Shown: positions 38,923 through 48,060, numbered from the stretch's first letter. The stretch is 64,000 nt of DNA from Acidobacteriaceae bacterium (GCA_035943695.1 DASZBW010000022.1:4102-68101); one strand, 5' to 3'. The notes: generated by a model from the letters alone, not told the origin. A program made the numbers and translations.

Positions 38923-41900
38923 GTGCAGCGTTCTGAGCAGTCGTTCCTCCTGTCTTCCATTCGACGTTCTATCCCATTCCACTCCACTAAAATTTCCCTT
39001 GCCCTCCTCCTCGCTGCTTCTTATCCGCACAGCCCTCACGCTCTCGCCCAGAGCGCCGCTCCAGTCCAAGCCGCAACGTCCTCTCAGGCGCAGACCGAAA
39101 TCGATCCCACCCAGATTCGCAAGGTTGGCGGCAGCGTTTCCCCACCCGTTCTAACCTTCCATGTCGCACCCAGGTTCAGCCCACAAGCCCGCGCAGCCAG
39201 ATTTTCCGGCACTGTCCTGGTCGGAGCCATCATCGACACTTCTGGCACCCCGAGGAACGTGCACATAGTCCAAGGCCTCGGCATGGGGCTCGACGAATCC
39301 GCTGTAGACGCAGTCACCCAATTCCGCTTCAAACCCGCGATGGAGAGTGGCAAGCCCGTGCCCGTCCAGATCAACATCCGAGTCAACTTCCAGATCGATA
39401 AAAGTCAGAATGACGATGCATCGTCGAAGCCCGAAGCAATAGCCCCCGCGGCGAAATCATCTGACCTCTCGCCGGCACCCGCCCCCAACGCGCCACCAGC
39501 CGCAGCCCCGCTCACAGCGACCTCAACCGACCCCTACGCCGCCGAACCCATCGTCATCCTCAACATCGAGCATCTCTTCAGCATGGCCGCCGACGGCACC
39601 GGTTGGATGGAACATACATTCGACGCACGCCTTCAGTCCGACACCGCCGTCAAGCAGTACGGCGTCCTCACCGTCCCTTACGCCAGCGCCTCCCAACAAG
39701 TTGAACTCCAATATGTCCGCGCACGTCATCCCGACGGCACCGTCACCGAAACCCAGATCTCTGAAGCCATGGACATGCCCAGCCCCGTCACCCGCGAGGC
39801 TCCGTTCTACAGCGATCAAAAAGAACTGCAGCTGCCCATTCGCAACCTGCGCGTAGGCGACACGCTCGAGTTGAAATACCGCATCGTGCGCACCCGCGCC
39901 GAAGTCCCCGGCCAGTTCTGGGCCCAGGAAATCTTCTCCGACGCCGCAGTCGTCCTCTCCCAAACCATCGAGCTGCGCGTCCCCGCAGGCCTGGCCGTCA
40001 ACGTGTGGAGTCCCACCGTCAAGCCGGTCGAATCCACCTCAAGCCCCACCGCAGAAGCCCCCGCTCAACACATCTATCGCTGGACTCATTCTCAGCTTCA
40101 ACCCACCGCAGGCAAAGCAGCCGAAGCAGCAGCAGCCGCAAAAAAGAAAGTCCTTTGGACTCCGGAGCAGGAGATTGACGCTGCGCAAGGCAAGCTCCCC
40201 ACCATCGCCTGGAGTACCTTCAAATCCTGGCAGCAGGTCGGCGCATGGTACCGCTCGCTCGAAGCAGACCGCATCGTCCCCGACACTCTCAGAGCAAAGG
40301 CCGCCGAGTTGACCGCCGGCAAGACCACCGACGAAGCCAAAGCGCACGCACTCTACGATTACGTCGCTACCAACATTCGCTACATCGGCGTGGGATTCGG
40401 CATCGGCCGCTTCCAGCCCCACACCGCATCGGAGATCCTCGCCAACCAATACGGCGACTGCAAGGATAAGCACACACTCTTCGCCGCGCTCCTTGCAGCC
40501 GAAAATATCCACGCCGATGCGGTCCTCATCGGTGCAGGCATTCGTTTCAATCCCGACGTCCCCTCACCCTCGGCCTTCAACCACCTCATCACCCATCTCA
40601 CCTTGAACGGCAAGCCCGTATGGCTCGACACCACCGCCGAGGTCGCCCCCTGGGGAATGCTCGTCTCCACCACCCGCGACAAGCAATCACTCGTCATTCC
40701 CTCCGCACCCTCCGCAGAAGCTACCATCGTCCGCACCCCACTCGAACCCGCCATCCCCGACGCCCTGAGCCTGGAGGCTTCTGGATCGCTGGACACAAAT
40801 GGCATCTCGTCCTCTCACCTGGTCCTGACATTCCGAGGCGATGGCGAGATTGCGGCCCGCTCCGTCTCCCGCAGGATCCAGCCCGCGCAATACGACAAGC
40901 TCGCCGAAATTCTTGCCAAAACAATGGGCTTCTCCGGATCCGTAACCAACGCTGAGATCACACGCCCCACAGACACCACCCAGCCTTTCAAACTCAGCTT
41001 CGACTACAAACGCGAGAAGGCAGGCGACTGGGCTCGCCTCCGCACCCTTCCCGAAGTGATTCCCGTCAGCTTGCCGCGCGTCACAGATTTCGATCCCCCC
41101 GTCCGCGCGATCCAGCTGGGACTCCCCCGCACGCAGGACTCCACCTCCTCCATGAAGCTGCCTGCTGGCTGGAACGCCATCATGCCCCCTTCCTTCCACA
41201 CAGAATGCCGGTACGCGATCTACGACATGACCTACCGCCTCGAAGGCAATACCATCTATGCCACGCGCCACGTCGCGGTCCTGGCGAAAGAAGTCCCGGT
41301 CAGCCAATGGAAGGCGTACAAATCATGGATTGACGCAGTGAATCCAGCCAACCAGGCGGCGATTCAACTCGTCCCTGCCAGGAATATGCCGTCTGGCTCG
41401 ACGACTTCCTCGACCTCACCCTCTTCTGCCGCACCCGGGCAGACCCGCGCTCTCGGCGATATCCACACGCCTTCCCCGACCGAACCAAGGACGAAACAGA
41501 TTCAGGATGCGCTCGACGATCCCCGTCCCGGCCCCAAGAACAGCGTCGCCTACGCGCTGGCCATCAACAACAGCCATCTCGCAGACGCGCAACTGCTCGT
41601 CGACCAGGCTCTCTCCCTGCAAGAGCAGCAGGCAGCCGACGCGATATCCGGCGGTGATACCGGCAAAATCAGCCAGCAGATGCGCGCCCTCGCCAGCTTC
41701 TGGGATACGGCCGAGTTCCTCTACTACCGCACCCACAATTTCGCCAGGGCCGAACGCTACGGCCGCGCAGCATGGGAGCTGAATCCCAGCCAGGTTATGG
41801 CCATCCATCTCGCCTTCATCTATCAGGCCGAACATAAGCCCCAGGAAGCAATCGCCCTCTTTCGTATGGCGCTCAGCGACAGTCCAACCCCCGCCGCACT

Positions 41901-42288
41901 CGACGCAATCCAGAGTCACCTCGCCACTCTCGGTTCTCCAGACGCCGAACCTCTCCCCATTGACATCGTCACACCCTTGCCCGATGCCAGGCTCCCCACC
42001 CTCGCGCCGGACGACGAGCCCCTGGTCGACATCGTACTCAGCCATGCCTTGCCGCCCGCTCTTACCTGGCTCAAAGCGAGTGCTGCGCAAAAGCAGGCAC
42101 TGAGCCTCCCCATTCAATCCGCACTGGCATCCTGGCTTCCCGATGAAGGCCCAGAGCTGGTGCTTCGTCACGCAGAGGTCTCCTGCACCACCGGCAATAC
42201 ACCCGCCTGCGCCCTGCATTCCATCGTCCCGCACCCACACCCGCCCACAGCAAACGGGCAAACCCGGTCAATCGCGCCAAAGCAGTAG
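38923..42288 (+). CDS. Secreted TonB-C-terminal + DUF3857 + transglutaminase-like + TPR multidomain protein
   Basis: GTG start after AAGAGG. TonB_C (G.V.V.AIIDTSGTPRNV..LDESAVDAV.QFRFKPA); YGDCKDKHTL / FNHLI / WLDTT Cys-His-Asp triad; TPR helices near the C-terminus. Confidence 0.8.
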   Translation: MQRSEQSFLLSSIRRSIPFHSTKISLALLLAASYPHSPHALAQSAAPVQAATSSQAQTEIDPTQIRKVGGSVSPPVLTFHVAPRFSPQARAARFSGTVLVGAIIDTSGTPRNVHIVQGLGMGLDESAVDAVTQFRFKPAMESGKPVPVQINIRVNFQIDKSQNDDASSKPEAIAPAAKSSDLSPAPAPNAPPAAAPLTATSTDPYAAEPIVILNIEHLFSMAADGTGWMEHTFDARLQSDTAVKQYGVLTVPYASASQQVELQYVRARHPDGTVTETQISEAMDMPSPVTREAPFYSDQKELQLPIRNLRVGDTLELKYRIVRTRAEVPGQFWAQEIFSDAAVVLSQTIELRVPAGLAVNVWSPTVKPVESTSSPTAEAPAQHIYRWTHSQLQPTAGKAAEAAAAAKKKVLWTPEQEIDAAQGKLPTIAWSTFKSWQQVGAWYRSLEADRIVPDTLRAKAAELTAGKTTDEAKAHALYDYVATNIRYIGVGFGIGRFQPHTASEILANQYGDCKDKHTLFAALLAAENIHADAVLIGAGIRFNPDVPSPSAFNHLITHLTLNGKPVWLDTTAEVAPWGMLVSTTRDKQSLVIPSAPSAEATIVRTPLEPAIPDALSLEASGSLDTNGISSSHLVLTFRGDGEIAARSVSRRIQPAQYDKLAEILAKTMGFSGSVTNAEITRPTDTTQPFKLSFDYKREKAGDWARLRTLPEVIPVSLPRVTDFDPPVRAIQLGLPRTQDSTSSMKLPAGWNAIMPPSFHTECRYAIYDMTYRLEGNTIYATRHVAVLAKEVPVSQWKAYKSWIDAVNPANQAAIQLVPARNMPSGSTTSSTSPSSAAPGQTRALGDIHTPSPTEPRTKQIQDALDDPRPGPKNSVAYALAINNSHLADAQLLVDQALSLQEQQAADAISGGDTGKISQQMRALASFWDTAEFLYYRTHNFARAERYGRAAWELNPSQVMAIHLAFIYQAEHKPQEAIALFRMALSDSPTPAALDAIQSHLATLGSPDAEPLPIDIVTPLPDARLPTLAPDDEPLVDIVLSHALPPALTWLKASAAQKQALSLPIQSALASWLPDEGPELVLRHAEVSCTTGNTPACALHSIVPHPHPPTANGQTRSIAPKQ

Positions 42289-42306
42289 CGAAGGTTGGCA
42301 CCCCCC

Positions 42307-42343
42307 TTGAAGACTCGCTCCAACTTAGCTAAGATAACTTAGC
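42307..42343 (+). promoter_or_regulatory. Sigma70-type promoter with palindromic operator for the TA module
   Basis: TTGAAG-17 nt-TAAGAT; the perfect palindrome CTTAGCTAAG (42324-42333) overlaps the -10 box. Confidence 0.6.
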
Positions 42344-42360
42344 AGGATAGGAGCCGCCCC

Positions 42361-42618
42361 ATGGCGACAGCCACCATCTTCGAAGCCAAGACCAATCTCT
42401 CCGCCCTCATCAAAAAGACCCAGGCGGGCGAGACAGTCATCATCACCTCCGGCCGCAACAAAACCCCCGTAGCCAAACTCACCCCCATCGACCCCGCCCA
42501 GCCAGTCGTCAAAAAGCGTCTTGGCGTCATGGAAACTCCAGGCTTCGTCCTGCCGGACTCCTTCTGGGAACCGCTGCCACCCGGTTGGGATGGCGAGACT
42601 GAGAGTGAAAGCGAGTGA
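42361..42618 (+). CDS. Phd/YefM-family antitoxin
   Basis: TIFEAKTNLSALI...GETVIIT..KTPVAKLTP. Confidence 0.9.
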   Translation: MATATIFEAKTNLSALIKKTQAGETVIITSGRNKTPVAKLTPIDPAQPVVKKRLGVMETPGFVLPDSFWEPLPPGWDGETESESE

Positions 42619-43001
42619 ACGTTTTGCTCGACACCCATACCCTGGTTTGGGCCGTACTCTCTCCCCCCAAACTCAGTAAGGCAGCAGCATACGTTGTCGC
42701 AGACCCAACGATTGAAATCTTCGTCTCTGCAGCCTCTGCCTGGGAGATTGCGACAAAAGTCCGTCTCGGTAAATTTCCCGAAGCCATACCCTTTGAAGGG
42801 CGTTTTCTCGATACGGTAGCTGAAGCTGGTTACACCCTCTTGTCCATAGAACCAGAAACAGCGCTTCGCGCAGGGCGTCTCATAGCCGATCACGGCGACC
42901 CCTTCGACCGCATCATCGCCGCGCAGGCTCTCGCCCTCGACATCCCCGTCATCAGCAAAGACCAGCAGCTGGACCAGTTCAACATCCGCCGCATCTGGTA
43001 G
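42615..43001 (+). CDS. vapC: VapC/PIN-domain toxin
   Basis: LLDTH, SAASAWEI, HGDPFDRIIAAQA and ISKD motifs; 4-nt overlap with the antitoxin. Confidence 0.92.
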   Translation: MNVLLDTHTLVWAVLSPPKLSKAAAYVVADPTIEIFVSAASAWEIATKVRLGKFPEAIPFEGRFLDTVAEAGYTLLSIEPETALRAGRLIADHGDPFDRIIAAQALALDIPVISKDQQLDQFNIRRIW

Positions 43002-43033
43002 CGCGACGTCTCCCACATGCATCCAACTCCACC

Positions 43034-43939
43034 ATGCCCGCACCCACCTCAGGCCGCGTCCGCATCGGCATCTCCGGCTGGAGCTACAAAGGCTGGCGCG
43101 GTACCTTCTACCCGCCCAAGCTCCCCCACAAAAAAGAACTAGCCCACGCCGCCACTCTCTTCCCCTCCGTCGAGATCAACGGCACCTTCTACTCCATGCA
43201 GCGCCCCTCCAGCTTCCTCAACTGGGTCGCAGAAACCCCACCCAACTTCGTCTTCGCCATCAAGGGCAGCCGCTACATCACCCACATGCTCAAGCTCCGC
43301 AACGTCGAGCAGGCCCTCGCCAACTTCTTCGCCTCCGGCCCCCTCGCCCTCGGCCCCAAACTAGGCCCCATCCTCTGGCAGTTCCCCCCGAACCTCGCCT
43401 TCAACCCGGAAAAATTCGAAGCCTTCTTCCACCTCCTCCCCACCACCACCGCCTCTGCCGCCGACCTAGCCCGCCGCCACGACGAGCGCCTCACCGGCCG
43501 TGCCTTCACCGAAGCAGGCCGCACCCGCCGCATCCGCCACGCCGTCGAGATCCGCCACGAATCCTTCCGCACCCCCGCCTTCATCCAACTCCTCCGCCGC
43601 TACAATATCGCCCTCGTCTGCGCCGACACTGTCGACTGGCCCCTCCTCATGGACGTCACCTCGGACTTCGTCTACTGCCGCCTCCACGGTGGCGAAGTCC
43701 TCTACACCAGCGGCTACTCCGACGCCGATCTCGACCTCTGGGCCACCCGCATAGCCGCCTGGGCCCGAGGCCAGGACTGCGACCGCACCCACGCCCTCAA
43801 CACCTTTGCCCACCCCACCCCATGCCGCCCCCGCCTCACTCGCGACGTATACGTCTACTTCGACAACGACGCCAAAGTCCACGCCCCCTACGACGCCCAA
43901 AACCTAATCACCCGCGTCAACACCCTCCTCGCACAGTAA
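43034..43939 (+). CDS. DUF72 (YecE-like) protein
   Basis: IGISGWSY, VEINGTFY, LWQFPP, EIRHESF, YCRLHG and YVYFDNDAK motifs. Confidence 0.9.
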   Translation: MPAPTSGRVRIGISGWSYKGWRGTFYPPKLPHKKELAHAATLFPSVEINGTFYSMQRPSSFLNWVAETPPNFVFAIKGSRYITHMLKLRNVEQALANFFASGPLALGPKLGPILWQFPPNLAFNPEKFEAFFHLLPTTTASAADLARRHDERLTGRAFTEAGRTRRIRHAVEIRHESFRTPAFIQLLRRYNIALVCADTVDWPLLMDVTSDFVYCRLHGGEVLYTSGYSDADLDLWATRIAAWARGQDCDRTHALNTFAHPTPCRPRLTRDVYVYFDNDAKVHAPYDAQNLITRVNTLLAQ

Positions 43940-43959
43940 CTCCTCACCCCGATCACACC

Positions 43960-43999
43960 GGTGCCCCATTCATGACAGTCTCACCGTCATGAATGGGGC
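43960..43999 (+). repeat. Family A hairpin between the convergent DUF72 and mnmG genes
   Basis: GCCCCATTCATGAC-N9-GTCATGAATGGGGC (14-bp perfect stem). Confidence 0.9.
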
Positions 44000-44021
44000 C
44001 TACCTCCGCAGCCAGCCCCCG

Positions 44022-46535
44022 TTACGCGGTCTTCCGCCGCCCCTGAATCTCAATAAAACAATTCACCAGGCTCACCGCCGCCGGCGTCACTCCCTGAATC
44101 CGCCCAGCCTGCCCCAGCGTTCTCGGCCGCACCCGCCCCAGCGTCTCCACCATCTCCCTGCTCAACCCCGAACAAGCCGCATAATCGAACCCAACCGGAA
44201 TCACCCTTTCCTCATCCCGCTTCAGCTTCGCCATCGTCTTCTTCTGCTGCTCCAGATACCCCGCATACTTGATCTCCGTCTCCACCGTCTTCATCTCATT
44301 CCGAACCCACGCCGGAAGTCTCCCACTGGCGACGGACGTGTCATTCTGAGCGGAGCGAAGAACCCCCGCATTTTCTCCGGCCACCCAAACACCCCCTCCG
44401 CTCATCCAAACTCCCAATTCCTCCACCCCACCCACCACCTCATGCAAGACCGGCCACAACCCCTCCACCATAACCTCCGGCCTCTTCAAAACCTGCGCCC
44501 AGGTCTGCCCCTTCATCTCCGAAACATCCCCGCGCAAAGCCCCCCCCAACATCTCCACCAAAGCCTCAGCCCGCTCCCCCACCCGCATCTCCAACACCCG
44601 CGCAAACGCCTCCGCCCGAGCCATCTTCGCCTCATGCGCCGCCCACGCAACATCATCAATCAGCCCCAGCCGCCGCCCATACACCGTCAGCCGACGATCC
44701 GCATTATCAATCCTCAAATGCAGCCGAAACTCCGCCCGCGAAGTAAACATCCGGTAAGGCTCATTCGTCCCCTTCGAGATCAAATCATCAATCAAAATCC
44801 CCGTATACCCCTCCGTCCGATCCAGCGTAAACCCTGCAAACTCCCCCCACCCCAAAACTCCGGGTGCCCCATCCATCGCAGCCTCACCGCGATGGGTGGG
44901 ATGTAAGACCTCCGCTTCCCCCACCAAAGCCTTTGCCCATAAGGCAGCATTAATTCCCGCCATCAACCCCTGGCAAGCCGCCTCTTCATACCCACTCGTC
45001 CCATTGATCTGCCCCGCCAGAAACAGCCCGGCAAACTTCTTCACTCCCAGCGTCCTATCCAGCTCCGTCGGGTCAATAGCGTCATACTCGATCGCATACC
45101 CCGGCCGCAACATCTCTGCATTCTCCAGCCCAGGTATCGACCGCACCATCGCCACCTGCACCTCCATCGGCAGGCTGGTCGACATGCCATTCACATAAAC
45201 CTCATGCGTATTCAGCCCCTCCGGCTCCAGAAAAAACTGGTGCTGCGTCTTCTCCGGAAACCGCACGATCTTGTCCTCAATCGAAGGACAATACCGCGGC
45301 CCCGTCGCATGAATCTGCCCCGTATACATCGGCGACCGGTGCGCATTCTCCCGGATCAGCCGCATCGTCTCCGGCGACGTCGTAGCAATATAGCAACTCA
45401 CCTGCCGCAACTCCGGCACCCAGCTCCCACCCCCGCATCCCGCCGTAGAAGAGAGAACGGGCCAGGCCGAGCGTAGCGGAGAAGGTATCGCCTCTAGGTA
45501 CCCCAAGGCTTCAGCCTTGGGTCTCTCTGCCACGGCCGAAGAACAAGAGGCTTTAGCCTCTGGGGTATGCCCTCCGTCCGCCGCGCCGACAGCCTCATTC
45601 TGAGCGAAGCCGCGTGCCCCATCCATCGCAGTCTCATCGCGATGGGTGGGATGCAAATCTCCCCGTGCCCAATTCCTGCCAGTCCTATCGTCATGAGTGG
45701 GCGCCAACCCCGTTCCCCGCTTCAACCCCGCCCGAAAACTAAACGGAGTAGGATCCACATCCCCAGGCTGCTCCTCAAACCTCGTCCAATCAATCGTCCG
45801 CCCATCCAGCCGCGGCGGAGTCCCTGTCTTCAACCTGCACTCCCGCAGCCCCAGCCGCTTCAGCGCCTCCCCCAGCAACACGCTCGCCGGCTCCCCACTC
45901 CGCCCCGCCGCGTACTGCTGCTCCCCACAATGAATCAACCCATTCAAAAACGTCCCCGTAGTCACCACCGTAGCCCGCGCATAAACTACCCGCCCATCCC
46001 GCAGCCGCACGCCCACCACCCGCCGCTGCCTGTGCTCCTGGGCAAAGCTCCCACCCACAACATTGTCATCCTCAGCAGCGCCAGTAAAAACATTGTCATC
46101 CTGAGCGGAGCGCAGCGCAGTCGAAGGACCTGCGGTTCCTTCCTCCACCACCACATCCACCACCTCAGCTTGCTTAATAAACAAGCCCTTCTGCCCCTCC
46201 AGCACCTCCCGCATCTTCACCCGGTAAAGCGCCTTATCGCACTGCGCCCTCGGCGACCAAACAGCCGGCCCCCGCGAAGTATTCAGCAGCCGAAACTGGA
46301 TCCCACAAGCATCCGCCACTTCACCCATCACTCCACCCAGCGCATCCACCTCCCGCACCAGGTGTCCCTTAGCGATCCCGCCAATCGCCGGATTACAACT
46401 CATCTGCGCAATCAAATCCAGATTCAGCGTAAACAACGCCGTCCGCAGCCCCATCCGCGCCGCCGCCATAGCCGCCTCGCACCCCGCATGACCCGCCCCC
46501 ACCACCACCACATCAAACTCTTCCGTAAATCCCAT
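44022..46535 (-). CDS. mnmG: tRNA uridine-34 carboxymethylaminomethyl modification enzyme MnmG (GidA) with four repeat-derived in-frame inserts
   Basis: [58 protein letters not shown] and [12 protein letters not shown] all intact; 837 aa. Confidence 0.96.
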   Translation of the reverse strand: MGFTEEFDVVVVGAGHAGCEAAMAAARMGLRTALFTLNLDLIAQMSCNPAIGGIAKGHLVREVDALGGVMGEVADACGIQFRLLNTSRGPAVWSPRAQCDKALYRVKMREVLEGQKGLFIKQAEVVDVVVEEGTAGPSTALRSAQDDNVFTGAAEDDNVVGGSFAQEHRQRRVVGVRLRDGRVVYARATVVTTGTFLNGLIHCGEQQYAAGRSGEPASVLLGEALKRLGLRECRLKTGTPPRLDGRTIDWTRFEEQPGDVDPTPFSFRAGLKRGTGLAPTHDDRTGRNWARGDLHPTHRDETAMDGARGFAQNEAVGAADGGHTPEAKASCSSAVAERPKAEALGYLEAIPSPLRSAWPVLSSTAGCGGGSWVPELRQVSCYIATTSPETMRLIRENAHRSPMYTGQIHATGPRYCPSIEDKIVRFPEKTQHQFFLEPEGLNTHEVYVNGMSTSLPMEVQVAMVRSIPGLENAEMLRPGYAIEYDAIDPTELDRTLGVKKFAGLFLAGQINGTSGYEEAACQGLMAGINAALWAKALVGEAEVLHPTHRGEAAMDGAPGVLGWGEFAGFTLDRTEGYTGILIDDLISKGTNEPYRMFTSRAEFRLHLRIDNADRRLTVYGRRLGLIDDVAWAAHEAKMARAEAFARVLEMRVGERAEALVEMLGGALRGDVSEMKGQTWAQVLKRPEVMVEGLWPVLHEVVGGVEELGVWMSGGGVWVAGENAGVLRSAQNDTSVASGRLPAWVRNEMKTVETEIKYAGYLEQQKKTMAKLKRDEERVIPVGFDYAACSGLSREMVETLGRVRPRTLGQAGRIQGVTPAAVSLVNCFIEIQGRRKTA
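44339..44371 (+). repeat. Family B element inside mnmG
   Basis: 33/33 identical to 32473-32505; read as [10 protein letters not shown] in both genes. Confidence 0.9.
44862..44902 (+). repeat. Family A element inside mnmG
   Basis: GGGTGCCCCAT-CCATCGC-N9-GCGATGG-GTGGGAT. Confidence 0.9.
45420..45715 (+). repeat. Composite insert in mnmG: family C (45494-45570), B fragment (45596-45610), family A (45614-45652) and degenerate A (45665-45701)
   Basis: Direct similarity to the intergenic copies at 36728, 46635 and 38416. Boundaries approximate. Confidence 0.85.
46059..46137 (+). repeat. Family B element with an abortive upstream copy, inside mnmG
   Basis: AACATTGTCATCCTCAGC, then AACATTGTCATCCTGAGCGGAGCGCAGCGCAGTCGAAGGACCTGCGGTT; the tail is shared with 48163-48212. 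Confidence 0.85.
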
Positions 46536-46570
46536 CCCCCAATTCTACGTTTTTCCACCCATCACCCCCA

Positions 46571-46744
46571 CTATCATCCTGCCATTCTGCCCCCGTACTA
46601 TCACCGTGCCATTCTGAGCCGCCTAGTATCACCGTGTCATTCTGAGCGAAGCGAAGAACCCCCGCATTTCGCCTTTGCTCTGCTTTACCTTTGCCTCAGC
46701 CTTTGCCCGTTCCTGCTGTCATCCTGAACGCAGCGAAGTATCCC
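46571..46744 (+). repeat. Intergenic family B copies (46635-46667, 46717-46744) preceded by two degenerate junction copies
   Basis: CTATCATCCTGCCATTCTG / CTATCACCGTGCCATTCTGAGC / GTATCACCGTGTCATTCTGAGCGAAGCGAAGAACCCCCGCAT. Confidence 0.8.
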
Positions 46745-47235
46745 GATACGTCCGCCCAACCTCAACCTCCCGAACCTTTCTCCCACAGCCCACCGTCCCC
46801 CGACGACCTGTCAGCCTCAACTAAAAGCTGTCAGCGGATCGATAAACCTGCCGCCCTCCCGCCGAAAACCTGTCAACCCCCACCCACCCACATCGTGGAT
46901 ACAACCCATTCAAATACAGTAACTTAAGCCAAACCACCGCATGGCGAGCAGTTACGGTCAATCTCGTATAATAGAACTAGATGAAAAAAGCGAGGCGCCA
47001 TCAGCCTAAACGGCGCTTCAAAAACAGTGGTTCAATGACAACACTGGTGTGGCTATCTGTATACACCGATCACTAAATATTTACATTGCAGTAACTTAGA
47101 GATATATAGGGGGGGGAGGGGGAGTATGGTAAACAAGCCACAACAGAACATCCAGCCAGCCTTACCCAGCCGCCGACCCCTCGCGCCGTCCAGGAAGAAC
47201 CCGGCCTCCAGGATCACATCCTCCGCAGGCCTCCC

Positions 47236-48060
47236 ATGACGAACTACTTCAACTATTTCACCGAGATTGAAGACCGCTTCCAGCAGCGCCGAGGCTCCCT
47301 CCTCATGCTCTCCACCCTCGACTGGGCCCTCATCGAGACCTGGCGCGAAGCCCAGGTCCCCCTTGAAGCCGTCCTCCGAGGCATCGACACTGCCTTCGAT
47401 AAACACGACGCCCAGCTCGCCCGCGCCGGAGCCCGTCGCCCCCGCAAAGTCAACGGCCTCGCCTGGTGCGCCCAGGCCGTCCTCGAAGCCGTCGAGCAAT
47501 CCCGCGAAGCCGCCATCGGCACCGCACCCACCACCACCGAATCCCGCGACTCCGGCTTCGAAGCCGCCCGCATCGCCGCCTACCTCAACCGCAACGCCAC
47601 CCAACTCGAGGCTGCCGCAAACCACGCACCAGCAGCAGCTCAGACCGCCGCCCGCCTTCGCACCCTAGCAACGCAACTCCAAGCCGCCCCCGAACCCGAC
47701 TCGTCCTCCCCCGCGCCCCTGTTATCATCCCGCAGCGAAGCGGAGGGATCTGCTTCTCCATCCGCAACCACTCGCGAGCCCCTCGGCCTCGAAGATGGAG
47801 CCATCAGCCTGGAGATGTTAGACCGCACCCTCACCGTCCTCGAAGAAAAGCTCTACACCTCCCTCCTAGCCTCCGCCCCCGAAGATCAGCTGGTAGCCCT
47901 CCGCGCCCAGGCCGACCGCGAACTCGCCCCCTACCGCGGCAAGATGCAAGCCGTCCAGATCAAGCAGGTCCAGCAACAGCTCCTGCAAAAGCGCCTCCTC
48001 GAAGCCCACAAACTCCCCCGCCTCAGCCTCTTCTACATGCCTCACGAAGAGGAGGCCTGA
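47236..48060 (+). CDS. Hypothetical protein with a possible DnaD/DnaB_2-like N-terminal domain
   Basis: Strong codon bias. F..RRG...LS.LD..LIE.W....P.E.VLRGI..AF pattern; domain call is inference. Confidence 0.65.
   Translation: MTNYFNYFTEIEDRFQQRRGSLLMLSTLDWALIETWREAQVPLEAVLRGIDTAFDKHDAQLARAGARRPRKVNGLAWCAQAVLEAVEQSREAAIGTAPTTTESRDSGFEAARIAAYLNRNATQLEAAANHAPAAAQTAARLRTLATQLQAAPEPDSSSPAPLLSSRSEAEGSASPSATTREPLGLEDGAISLEMLDRTLTVLEEKLYTSLLASAPEDQLVALRAQADRELAPYRGKMQAVQIKQVQQQLLQKRLLEAHKLPRLSLFYMPHEEEA

Noticed and set aside
43989-45933. + strand ORFs containing [13 protein letters not shown] and [11 protein letters not shown] peptides
   Set aside because: These are opposite-strand readings of the repeat elements within mnmG, not independent genes.
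44022-46535. Inteins or group I/II introns as the mnmG inserts
   Set aside because: No Cys/Ser...His-Asn intein ends, too short for group I/II cores, and fully accounted for by the dispersed hairpin families. Non-canonical removal is not excluded.
46536-47235. oriC next to mnmG (gidA)
   Set aside because: No cluster of TTATCCACA boxes (best is CGTGGATAC, 2 mismatches), no dnaA, mnmE, rsmG or parAB, and no skew switch at this point.
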